Below are positions 7,241 to 15,451 of a stretch of DNA of 24,000 bases, piece by piece. The DNA is from Altererythrobacter sp. (lineage in GTDB: Bacteria > Pseudomonadota > Alphaproteobacteria > Sphingomonadales > Sphingomonadaceae), in assembly GCA_016793865.1 (NCBI GenBank), contig JAEULJ010000001.1, positions 703,496 through 727,495 of the forward strand, in the 5' to 3' direction. Under the pieces are notes generated by a model. It searched no databases. It worked only from the letters and a program-made list of their open reading frames with translations, and was not told where the DNA came from. Position 1 is the stretch's first letter. Each line of letters starts with the position of its first letter. The position numbers and the translations under genes are program-made.

Positions 7241-8959
7241 GTGACCACCTTCACCCCTGCAACCGCCGACCAGCTTCTCGCCATCCGGGTCAACGCGGAT
7301 ATCGGGGAGCTGGCGCGCGACGAACGCTTTGCCGCCGCGGAGCCCGATCTCGTCGAGGCGATCGTGGAAGGCATCGGCCAGTTCGCGGCGGGAGAGTTCG
7401 CCCCGCTCAACCGCGTGGGCGATGTCGAGGGCGCAAGGCTGGAGAACGGCCAGGTGCGTCTCCCGCCAGGCTTTGCCGAGGCCTACGCCGCCTATACCGC
7501 ACAGGGCTGGAACGCCGTGGCCGGCCCCGAGGCGTTCGGCGGGCAGGGCCTGCCCTTCACCCTCGCCTGCAATGTGCTCGAGAACCTCGGCAGCGCGAAC
7601 ATGGCCTTCACGCTGTTGCCGATCCTTTCGGTCGGCGCGATCGAGGCGCTGGCGCATCATGGCAGCGCCGCGCAGCAGGCGCTTTACCTGCCCCGGCTGG
7701 TAAGCGGCGAATGGTCGGGAACCATGAACCTCACCGAACCCCAGGCCGGCAGCGACGTGGGCGCGCTGCGCACCTCCGCCGAGCCGGTTACGGATGGCGA
7801 GCACGCGGGGAAGTACCGCCTCAGGGGGACCAAGATCTTCATCACCTGGGGCGATCACGAGCTGGCCGGGAACATCGTCCATCTGGTGCTCGCCCGCCTT
7901 CCGGGCGCTCCGGCGGGGAGCCGTGGCATCTCGCTGTTCCTGGTGCCGAAGTATCATGTCGCGGATGACGGCAGCCTGGGCCCGCGCAACGATGTGCGGG
8001 TGGTGAGCCTGGAGCACAAGCTGGGCATCAACGCCTCGCCCACCTGCGTGATGAGCTTCGGCGACAACGGGGAATGCATCGGGGAGCTCATCGGGGCCGA
8101 GAACCGGGGTCTCGCCGCCATGTTCACCATGATGAACAACGCGCGGATCAATGTCGGCAACCAGGGCGTGCAGATCGGCGAGCGGGCGACCCAGCAGGCG
8201 CTGGCCTATGCGCGCGAGCGGGTGCAAGGCAGCCGCGACGGCAAGCCCACCGCCATCGCCGAGCATCCTGACGTGCGGCGAATGCTGCTTCGCATGAAGG
8301 CGCTGACCGAGGCTGCGAGGGCGCTCCTCTACTACACCGCCGGCCAGGTCGATCGCGGCGCGCTGGGCGATGAGGAGGCGGCGGCACGGGCCGAGGTGCT
8401 GGTGCCGTTGCTCAAGGCCTGGGGCACCGACGTGGGCGTGGAGGTCGCCAGCCTGGGCGTGCAGATTCATGGCGGCATGGGCTTCATCGAGGAAACCGGC
8501 GCGGCGCAGCACTATCGCGACGCGCGCATCGCGCCGATCTACGAAGGCACCAATGGCATCCAGGCCGCCGATCTGGTGACGCGCAAGCTCGGGCTCGAGA
8601 ATGGGGCGGCCCTGGCCGGGCTGATAGCGGACATCGCCCGGCACGGCGGCGAAGAACCTGCTCTGGCCGCATTGGCCCGCGCTTGCGGAGAGGTGTCGGG
8701 GTGGATGCGGGACACCGCCACGCTTGACGACCGGCTGGCGGGGAGCATGCCGTTCTGCACCATGCTGGCGGTGGCCACGGCCGGCTGGCAGCTCCAGCGC
8801 CAGCTCACCGCCTTCGACGGCAATCCGCCTCCCGCGAAGCTGGCCACGGTGCGCTTCTTCCTCGACCGGGTCGTACCGGAGGCGATCGGGCTTGCCGCGA
8901 GCGCAACGGCAGGCGCGGCAGGGCTCTATGCCGTAACGGCGGAAGAGCTCGCCGGCTGA
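7241..8959 (+). CDS. Acyl-CoA dehydrogenase family protein with C-terminal extension
   Basis: GTG start at 7241 (VTTFTPATADQLL). Motifs 'YRLRGTKIFITWGDHE', 'LGINASPTCVMSFGDN', 'GVEVASLGVQIHGGMGFIEETGAAQHYRDARIAPIYEGTNGIQAADLVTRK'. Confidence 0.93.
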   Translation: MTTFTPATADQLLAIRVNADIGELARDERFAAAEPDLVEAIVEGIGQFAAGEFAPLNRVGDVEGARLENGQVRLPPGFAEAYAAYTAQGWNAVAGPEAFGGQGLPFTLACNVLENLGSANMAFTLLPILSVGAIEALAHHGSAAQQALYLPRLVSGEWSGTMNLTEPQAGSDVGALRTSAEPVTDGEHAGKYRLRGTKIFITWGDHELAGNIVHLVLARLPGAPAGSRGISLFLVPKYHVADDGSLGPRNDVRVVSLEHKLGINASPTCVMSFGDNGECIGELIGAENRGLAAMFTMMNNARINVGNQGVQIGERATQQALAYARERVQGSRDGKPTAIAEHPDVRRMLLRMKALTEAARALLYYTAGQVDRGALGDEEAAARAEVLVPLLKAWGTDVGVEVASLGVQIHGGMGFIEETGAAQHYRDARIAPIYEGTNGIQAADLVTRKLGLENGAALAGLIADIARHGGEEPALAALARACGEVSGWMRDTATLDDRLAGSMPFCTMLAVATAGWQLQRQLTAFDGNPPPAKLATVRFFLDRVVPEAIGLAASATAGAAGLYAVTAEELAG

Positions 8960-8962
8960 GCG

Positions 8963-10417
8963 CTACTCGCGCGCGTAATCCTCGCGCCCGAAGGCCCCCC
9001 TCAGCCCGCTCAGCGCCTTGAGCGGCGGCAGGGCACGGCGCGGCGCACGTTCGATCGCAGGCGCGGATGCGGCCTTGGGGTCGATCACCCGCCACAGGAT
9101 CCCGGCGGTATCGTCGCTTACCAGCAAGGCGCCATCCTTGGCGAAGCTGACCCATGTGGGGCGGCCGCGAGTCGTACCCTCGCCCGTCAGGAAACCGCCG
9201 AGCACGGCAACCGGCTGACCCTGCGGATTGCCCCGCGCGTCGAACGGGACATAGACCACGTCATAGCCGGCGGGTGGGCTGCGGTTCCAAGATCCGTGCT
9301 GGGCGATGAAGGCACCCTGGCCGAAGCGCGTCCCCAACCGCGCCCCCTGCTGCGAGAACGCCAGCCCGAGCGGCGCCACATGAGGGCCGAGCGAATATTC
9401 GGGGCGCCGGGTATATTCCGTCATGAACTTCGGCATGCCGGACTTAACCCGTTGGTCTATATTATTTTTCCAGTAAACCCAGGGCCAGCCATACTGCGCG
9501 CCCACCGGCACGTTGGAAAAATAGTCCGGCACCAGGTCCGAACCGAGCATGTCGCGCTCGTTGACCACGGTCCAGAGCTCGCTCGACCACGGGTTCCATG
9601 CCATGCCATTGGCGTTGCGTAGCCCCGCGCCATACACGCGCCGCTCGCGCGTCTTCAGGTCGTATTCCCAGATCAGGGCACGGCCATCCTCCGCCGCCAT
9701 CCCCCGTTCGCCGATGTTGGAGGCCGAGCCGACCGCGACATAGAGCTTCGCGCCGTCCTCGCTCAGCAGCAGCCCGCGCATCCAGTGATTGCCGCCGGGC
9801 GCGAGGTCCATGAGCTTCGTCGGCGATCCGGCGAGCGCCGTCTCGCCCAGCCGATAGGGCCAGGCCCAAACCGCATCGTGGTTGGCGACGAACAGCACGT
9901 CGTTCGCCCAGGCCATCCCCGAGGGCGAGGCGAATTGCTCGCCCAGGACGAAGCGCCCCTCCGCCCGCCCGTCGCCATCGGCATCGCGCAGGAGAACGAT
10001 CCGGTCGGGCGAGGGGCCGCCGCTGCCGGCCTTGCTGAACAGGAACGCCTGCACCCGGGCGACCAGCCAGTTCTCCTTGCCGGGGGACTTTATCGCCGGC
10101 GCGCGCGTCAGCGCCACCAGCACATCGCCATTGGGCAGGGTGAACACGGTGCGGGGATGCTCCAGCCCTTCGGCGAAGCGGTTGACCACGAGGCCCTGAG
10201 CCGGCGCGGGCGCGGCTCCCGCAGCCCAGCCCACCGGCTCGGCGATGCGGACGGTCGGGATCGTCTCGCCCCGTGGCTGGGTCAGCTCGGGATCGGTCCC
10301 GGTGACCTTGGCCCAGGCGAGCTGCGCCTGATCCGGCCGCGTCAGCAGCCAGCCGGCGAGCGCGCCGACAACCAAGATGACGATAAGGCCGATGCCGATC
10401 TTCTTCGCGATGCTCAT
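8963..10417 (-). CDS. PQQ-dependent sugar (glucose/sorbosone) dehydrogenase-like beta-propeller protein, membrane-anchored or exported
   Basis: 'AEGLEHPRTVFTLPNGDVLVALTRAP', 'GAGLRNANGMAWNPWSSELWTVVNERDMLGSDLVPDY', 'FIAQHGSWNRSPPAGYDVVYVPF'. N-terminal TM segment after MSIAKK at 10417. Confidence 0.85.
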   Translation of the reverse strand: MSIAKKIGIGLIVILVVGALAGWLLTRPDQAQLAWAKVTGTDPELTQPRGETIPTVRIAEPVGWAAGAAPAPAQGLVVNRFAEGLEHPRTVFTLPNGDVLVALTRAPAIKSPGKENWLVARVQAFLFSKAGSGGPSPDRIVLLRDADGDGRAEGRFVLGEQFASPSGMAWANDVLFVANHDAVWAWPYRLGETALAGSPTKLMDLAPGGNHWMRGLLLSEDGAKLYVAVGSASNIGERGMAAEDGRALIWEYDLKTRERRVYGAGLRNANGMAWNPWSSELWTVVNERDMLGSDLVPDYFSNVPVGAQYGWPWVYWKNNIDQRVKSGMPKFMTEYTRRPEYSLGPHVAPLGLAFSQQGARLGTRFGQGAFIAQHGSWNRSPPAGYDVVYVPFDARGNPQGQPVAVLGGFLTGEGTTRGRPTWVSFAKDGALLVSDDTAGILWRVIDPKAASAPAIERAPRRALPPLKALSGLRGAFGREDYARE

Positions 10418-10482
10418 GGCCGCATCGCTAGGCGCGTGGCGGGCTTGCGGCAATGGCGGTGCGCGCTACAGCGCCGGCCGCC

Positions 10483-10965
10483 ATGTTCGATTTCTCGCCC
10501 GCGCCCGGCCAGCCCAAGCCCGAACTCTATGCGGAGCTTCTCGCCGCCGCCGATGCCATCACCGCCGGCGAAGGCGACGCGGTGGCCAACATGGCCAATG
10601 TCGCGGCGCTGCTGGGGGAATTCCTTCCGCGTCTCAACTGGGCCGGGTTCTACCGCGCGATCGAGGGTGAGCTGGTGCTCGGGCCTTTCATCGGCCGTCC
10701 GGCCTGCATCCGCATCCCCTTTGGCAGCGGCGTGTGCGGCGCGGCGGCGGCCAAGGGCGAGACGCAACTCGTGCCCGATGTCCACGCCTTCCCCGGCCAT
10801 ATCGCCTGCGACGCGGCGAGCCGGTCGGAACTGGTCGTGCCGGTGCTGAGGGGCGGAGCGGTGGTCGCGGTGATCGATTGCGACAGCCCCGATCCGGCGC
10901 GCTTCGATGCGGAGGATGCGGCGGGGCTGGAAGCGCTCGCCACCTTGCTGGCGGAGAGGATCTGA
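10483..10965 (+). CDS. msrC: GAF-domain free methionine-(R)-sulfoxide reductase
   Basis: 'NWAGFYRAIEGELVLGPFIGRPACIRIPFGSGVCGAAAAKGETQLVPDVHAFPGHIACDAASRSELVVPV' has the characteristic fRMsr cysteines and motifs. Confidence 0.88.
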   Translation: MFDFSPAPGQPKPELYAELLAAADAITAGEGDAVANMANVAALLGEFLPRLNWAGFYRAIEGELVLGPFIGRPACIRIPFGSGVCGAAAAKGETQLVPDVHAFPGHIACDAASRSELVVPVLRGGAVVAVIDCDSPDPARFDAEDAAGLEALATLLAERI

Positions 10966-10976
10966 GCGGCAGCGCG

Positions 10977-13424
10977 CTAGTTGCGCCGCGCGACTTTGCG
11001 CCCGGAGGTCGCTGGCGCGCCTTCGCCCTCCACGATGATCGTGGGCCGGCAGATCAGTGGAGCATCCACTGCCTCGAGCATGGCCGGCTCGGGCAAGTCG
11101 ACCACGCAGCCGCGCCCCGCCGGACCGATCAGCAGCCGGTTGTTACCGCCCGCGGCGTTGATCTCGGCCATGCCGTCGAAGCCCACCAGCGAGGATTCGC
11201 CCGACGGGGCCGCCACCACCGTCAGCCCGGCCTCGACCGGCGCGCCCGCAGGGTCCACGACTCGCCGGATCACCGGGCGGAAGGCGACCACATCCATGTC
11301 GACCAGGGCGACCGCCCGCTTGGGCACGGCGATGACATGCTTGGCCTGGCGCACCATCGCATCAACCGGCAGCAGCTCGGTGTCCACGTCGAGGTGCATG
11401 GGGACCAGCGGAGTGAGGTTCTGGACCAACAGCCGGCCCCGCCCGTTGGTGCGGCCGACCACCCGGTTTTCGAGCTTGATGGCCACATCCGCCACCGTCC
11501 CGCTGCGCACCAGCGCATAGCTCCCGCCGGTCTGGCCGCGCGCATATAGCCCGCCACCCGCCACGATCAGCGTGCCGCGAGCATTGGCGCGGGCGGCGAA
11601 GTCGCCATTGACCTGTTCCATCTGCGCTTCGAGCGCGCTCGCGCGCCCGCGCCACAGCGCGCTGGCCATGACGCGCTGGTAATTGGGTGCTGCGTTGGCG
11701 GAGACGCGATAGCCGATATCGCCGATCTGCTGGTCGGTGCGCGAATAGCTGACCCCGGCCGTGGGCCGGCTCCCCTCGACATTGGCGTAGGCGCTCATGT
11801 GGTGCGGCGTACCCAGATTGACCGAAACGCCGATCGAAGCGAACAGCGTGTCGCGCCTGTCTCCGCGCCGCAGCCCTGCGGTCGCGAACATGTCGATTCG
11901 GCGGGAGAGCGGCGCGCGGAAATTGCCGCTCACCGTTTCCAGCCGCCGCTCGCCGGCGTTGATACGGGGGTCGGCGCGCGCGTCCTGACGGACATAGGCG
12001 AGTTGAAACTGCGTGTTCGGGCCCAGAATGTAGGACGCATCGGCGAAAAGCTGACGCGACGGCGGCAAATCGCCGAGACGGCTCGCGACGTCACGATAGG
12101 ACGCGCTGGGAAGTACGATTCCGCCACGAACGGAGAGGGTGCGGCTGATGGATTCGAGCGAAAACCGCGCCAGCGTGCCCGTGCCCTGCTGCTGGTCACG
12201 GCTGAAACGGCCCTCGGTGCTCGCCAGCGCGACATTACCGAGCGTGAAATCCGCGCGTGCGCCGAAATTGGCGAGGCCGGCGGTCGCCTCCGCGCTCGCC
12301 TCGAGCGTCAGAAACGGCGAAAGCCCGCGCCTCAGGAAGGCGCTGGCCAGAAGTTCCCCGTAATCGCTGCTTCGCTCGCCGTATCGTCGTCGGACGAACC
12401 CCGCGTTGACCGCGAACCCCGTTAGCCCGGGCCTCAACAGGGCGCGCGAGGTGTAGAAGCGCATGCTCTGGATCACTTCGCGGCCAAGTGCATCGCGCGT
12501 GACCACCGAAAACTCGCCGCGTCCGGTGCCCAGCGGCACGTTCTGGAGCGTGAAACTGCCCGGCTCCACATCACCCACGCGATAGCGCTGGTCGGCGGTG
12601 AGGATGTCGATGCTGGTGGGCACCGCCACCTGGCCCGAAAAGCTCGGGAGCGGGGTTGTCAGCAGATCGGGCCGCAATTCGAAGTTGGAGGCGATCTGGA
12701 TTCCGCCCATGCGCACCGCGCGCTGGGTCACGGTGCCGGCGCTGACGAAATCGCCGAGCGTGACGACCGTCCGATGCCGCGGCAGGTTCCACTGGAACAC
12801 GCTGTCCAGCCGGACCACCGGGTTGGTGCCCCGCGCGGGATTGCTGGTTGCGCGCAGGCTCGTGGCCAGCGCGATGTCGCCGCGAACCAGCGCGGCGTCG
12901 AACAACCCGCCGGCGGTGCGGCCGGACGGCGTGGCCGTGGCGGTAAGATCGTAATCGAGGCGCAGCGCCAGCAGCGGCGTCGTCTTGGCGAGATCCCAGT
13001 CGGGCTTCGACAGGTCGCGCAGATTGCCGCCTTCGTTGTGGCGCAGCAACCGGATGCTAAGGCGCTGGCGCAAGCTATCGAATTGCCACGTGTAAACGCT
13101 CAGCGCGGCGAGTCGTATCGGGCCGCGCGCACCCTGGGGCACGGGGAGGCCGGCGGCGGCGGCGTCCTCCGCCTCGATCGTCAGGTCGGGGCCGCGCCCC
13201 GCAAGGGTGACGAGGCGACGACGGACCGAGCCGTCGATCTCGATCTCGGAAAGGCCGGGGCCGGTCGCCTGCTCGGCGGCCTTGACGGTCACGCCGTCGG
13301 GAAGGGCGAAGGGGTCCCGGTCCTGCGCGCGGGCGCCTCCGGCCCACGGGAGGGACGCGGTGGCGATCAGCGCGAGGAGGGTTGCCCTGCCTCTGCTAGC
13401 CGCACGCGGGCGCAGCAATGCCAT
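10977..13424 (-). CDS. Fimbrial outer-membrane usher protein (FimD/PapC superfamily, archaic/Csu-like)
   Basis: 815 aa, signal peptide, 'FQWNLPRHRTVVTLGDFVSAGTVTQRAVRMGGIQIASNFELRPDLLTTPLPSFSGQVAVPTSIDI...VEPGSFTLQNVP' (usher plug/barrel signature). Adjacent to chaperone gene. Confidence 0.92.
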   Translation of the reverse strand: MALLRPRAASRGRATLLALIATASLPWAGGARAQDRDPFALPDGVTVKAAEQATGPGLSEIEIDGSVRRRLVTLAGRGPDLTIEAEDAAAAGLPVPQGARGPIRLAALSVYTWQFDSLRQRLSIRLLRHNEGGNLRDLSKPDWDLAKTTPLLALRLDYDLTATATPSGRTAGGLFDAALVRGDIALATSLRATSNPARGTNPVVRLDSVFQWNLPRHRTVVTLGDFVSAGTVTQRAVRMGGIQIASNFELRPDLLTTPLPSFSGQVAVPTSIDILTADQRYRVGDVEPGSFTLQNVPLGTGRGEFSVVTRDALGREVIQSMRFYTSRALLRPGLTGFAVNAGFVRRRYGERSSDYGELLASAFLRRGLSPFLTLEASAEATAGLANFGARADFTLGNVALASTEGRFSRDQQQGTGTLARFSLESISRTLSVRGGIVLPSASYRDVASRLGDLPPSRQLFADASYILGPNTQFQLAYVRQDARADPRINAGERRLETVSGNFRAPLSRRIDMFATAGLRRGDRRDTLFASIGVSVNLGTPHHMSAYANVEGSRPTAGVSYSRTDQQIGDIGYRVSANAAPNYQRVMASALWRGRASALEAQMEQVNGDFAARANARGTLIVAGGGLYARGQTGGSYALVRSGTVADVAIKLENRVVGRTNGRGRLLVQNLTPLVPMHLDVDTELLPVDAMVRQAKHVIAVPKRAVALVDMDVVAFRPVIRRVVDPAGAPVEAGLTVVAAPSGESSLVGFDGMAEINAAGGNNRLLIGPAGRGCVVDLPEPAMLEAVDAPLICRPTIIVEGEGAPATSGRKVARRN

Positions 13425-14181
13425 CGACCGCCTGGCCGTCGATCTGCGCGGTCACACGGACCGGGCCGAACGAGCAGCCGCCCCGGATCGGCCAGGCGAT
13501 GGTCGAGCTGCCGTGGACGTAGCGCAGGGCGTTGCGCTCCACGGGAACGATTCGCCCGTCCGCCGCCGTCACCTGGAGGTCGAGAACGCGCGCCGTCGCG
13601 CCGCCGGTGTTGGCGAGTTCGAGCCGGTCCTGCGCGATCCGCCACGCGAAGGCGGCAGGCGCGGCCTTGTCGCGATCGACGAATACCGGGAGGGTGAAGC
13701 GAATGCGCGTGAGGGCCTGGCCCGGTCGCGCAAGGGCCGGGTCCGGCAGCTGGTCGACAGCCAGCCTGAACCGCTTTTCGCCAGGTGTTGCCGCGCCCTT
13801 TCGCAGGATGCGGACGACTTGGGTCTGCCCGGCTGGTATCGAGGTGATGGAAGGCGAGACCGTGAGATCGCTGCTGGGGGCGTAAATGTCCTCGCCATCG
13901 GCCTGGCTCCAGGCGAACAGGCGGGACTGCACCGGCAGCGCATGATCCGAGGCATTGGTGAGTCGCACGGTCGCGCCGGCGCCGGCGCCCTCGATCTCGA
14001 CCCGCAGGGGGGCGATGCTGAGGCTGGCCGGGCCGGGCGCTGCCGGGCCCTCGTCCGTTTCCGCAGCCGCCGCAGGGGCATCTCCGGCGCGAGCCGGGCT
14101 GGAGGCGGGGGCGGCGGCGAGCGACAACCCGCCCGCGACGATGGCGGCGCACACGCGCGTGATCGAAGCGGAACGGGTCAT
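13396..14181 (-). CDS. Periplasmic pilus chaperone (PapD-like)
   Basis: 'SLSIAPLRVEIEGAGAGATVRLTNASDHALPVQSRLFAWSQADGEDIYAPSSDLTVSPSITSIPAGQTQVVRILRKG' is the PapD N-terminal domain. Overlaps the usher start by 29 nt. Confidence 0.92.
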   Translation of the reverse strand: MTRSASITRVCAAIVAGGLSLAAAPASSPARAGDAPAAAAETDEGPAAPGPASLSIAPLRVEIEGAGAGATVRLTNASDHALPVQSRLFAWSQADGEDIYAPSSDLTVSPSITSIPAGQTQVVRILRKGAATPGEKRFRLAVDQLPDPALARPGQALTRIRFTLPVFVDRDKAAPAAFAWRIAQDRLELANTGGATARVLDLQVTAADGRIVPVERNALRYVHGSSTIAWPIRGGCSFGPVRVTAQIDGQAVDGIAAPACG

Positions 14182-14200
14182 CGTGGTCTCCAGTGGTGTC

Positions 14201-14659
14201 TTAGTAGGTGACGGTGATCGTCACCTGGTCGGCGTAGGCGCCGGCCGGCTTGGCGGTCTGCACCGGAACCACGCCGCGAATGCCCAGCGCCACGTCGGCA
14301 CCGGTGCCGGTGAACGACAGGCCAGCGGCCGGCCAGGCGGCGTTCGAAGCGTCGGTGATGTTGTAATCGATGAAGTTCGCGCCGCTCTTCAGCCGGCGCT
14401 GCGTGCCGTTGACGTTCGCGCCCGAGCTCACGGTTACCGTGGCGACCGCGTTGGGGGTGCACTTGAGCGTGCTGAGCGAGTTGGCGGTGCGCGCGGCGGT
14501 GAAGTCGCTGACCGAGCCGAAGTCGATGGCGGCGGTCGTCAGGCTGCAGGCGTTGTCCACGTTGAGCGTGACGTCCACGGTGCCGCTGGTGGTGGCGGCC
14601 TGGGCCGGCACGGTGGCCGCGGCGCCGACAGCGGCCAGGGCGATTGCAAGTTTACGCAT
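14201..14659 (-). CDS. Spore coat U (SCPU) domain secreted pilin subunit
   Basis: Signal peptide, then 'TSGTVDVTLNVDNACSLTTAAIDFGSVSDF...TLKCTPNAVATVTVSSGAN...QRRLKSG..YNITD....W...QVTITVTY', the SCPU/CsuA-B pattern ending in an alternating beta strand. Confidence 0.88.
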   Translation of the reverse strand: MRKLAIALAAVGAAATVPAQAATTSGTVDVTLNVDNACSLTTAAIDFGSVSDFTAARTANSLSTLKCTPNAVATVTVSSGANVNGTQRRLKSGANFIDYNITDASNAAWPAAGLSFTGTGADVALGIRGVVPVQTAKPAGAYADQVTITVTY

Positions 14660-14681
14660 GATACTATGATCCCTTCAAGCT

Positions 14682-14697
14682 TCGACCATCAGGTCGA
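14682..14697 (-). promoter_or_regulatory. 5'-leader hairpin TCGACC-N4-GGTCGA just upstream of the 14201..14659 SCPU gene ribosome-binding region
   Basis: Stem 14682-14687 with 14692-14697, loop 14688-14691. Extendable with AGC/GCT across one bulged base. GAAGGGA SD-like sequence follows on the transcribed strand. Confidence 0.6.
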
Positions 14698-14738
14698 GCT
14701 AGTCAATCGCATTGATTTGTTGAGAAATGCCTAATACT

Positions 14739-14854
14739 TGCATCACTGACAACGCTATTTTCTGTAGAAATACTTAGCGGTCGTGTGGTTAACACGCAGT
14801 TAACTGCATCACTACTTTTTTACGTGCAAACTGTCTTGTGCGAGTTGTAGTGAT
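14739..14854. repeat. Repeat-dense low-GC intergenic region between the two SCPU genes
   Basis: Direct repeats TGCATCACT at 14739-14747 and 14805-14813. Perfect palindrome GCAGTTAACTGC at 14796-14807. GTTAAC twice (14788-14793, 14799-14804). Inverted pair ATCACTAC 14808-14815 / GTAGTGAT 14847-14854. Confidence 0.6.
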
Positions 14855-14856
14855 TT

Positions 14857-15357
14857 CTAGAAGTTTACTGTCACCGTCACTGTGTCGACGTAGGGTCGTG
14901 CCAGTACCATGCTGTTAGGTACGCGGCCGTAGGCGGTGAGGGTGACGTCGCCATTCGCGGGGGTGATACCGCTCACCACGTTTGCTGCGGCAGCCCCCCA
15001 GACCTGAGTGCGGGCGGCGTTGCGGTAGATCTCATAGGATACGTAGAGCGGGAAGCCGAGGAAACTGCCGCCATACATCCGGCGCTGGCCGTTGAAGTTC
15101 TGCCCATTGTCGATCGCGACGGTGTAGGCGACCGCCGGGCCGCACGACAGCCGGAGAGTGGCCGTTGTGTCGATCTGGCCGGAGAACAGGTTGGCCGCGC
15201 CGAAGCTGAGCGGAGCGGTATAGAGCCGGCAAGCGGTCTCAACCCGCAGGCGGGCGGTGGTGGTGCCGGCGAGGGTCTTGGCCGAAACGGCGGTCGGCGC
15301 CGCTGCAAGCACGGCGACCACCACCAACCATTTCGACAATCTGCCGGTAATCCTCAC
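14857..15357 (-). CDS. Second SCPU-domain secreted pilin subunit
   Basis: GTG start at 15357. Signal peptide then 'TTTARLRVETACRLYTAPLSFGAANLFSGQIDTTATLRLSCGPAVAYTVAIDNGQN...QRRMYGG...YEIYRNAARTQVWG...YVDTVTVTVNF'. Confidence 0.85.
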   Translation of the reverse strand: MRITGRLSKWLVVVAVLAAAPTAVSAKTLAGTTTARLRVETACRLYTAPLSFGAANLFSGQIDTTATLRLSCGPAVAYTVAIDNGQNFNGQRRMYGGSFLGFPLYVSYEIYRNAARTQVWGAAAANVVSGITPANGDVTLTAYGRVPNSMVLARPYVDTVTVTVNF

Positions 15358-15451
15358 GCAGGAATTTCCCCATCCAAGACAGTCGGATTAGGCGAAAACA
15401 CTTACGGGATAATTAAAACCAAATTTTCCGCGCGTTAGTGATCTGTCGGGT

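Noticed and set aside
6352-8644. Long ORFs on the strand opposite to Sua5 and the acyl-CoA dehydrogenase (538 aa + and 665 aa -)
   Set aside because: Mirror ORFs typical of high-GC codon usage. Low-complexity Arg/His/Gly-rich translations with no domain-like motifs, while the opposing frames encode clear enzymes.
9450-9475. AT-rich patch (tctatattatttttccagtaaac) inside the sugar dehydrogenase gene, considered as cryptic promoter or insertion scar
   Set aside because: It encodes an in-frame segment 'YWKNNIDQRV' fitting this protein family, so the low GC follows from the amino acids required.
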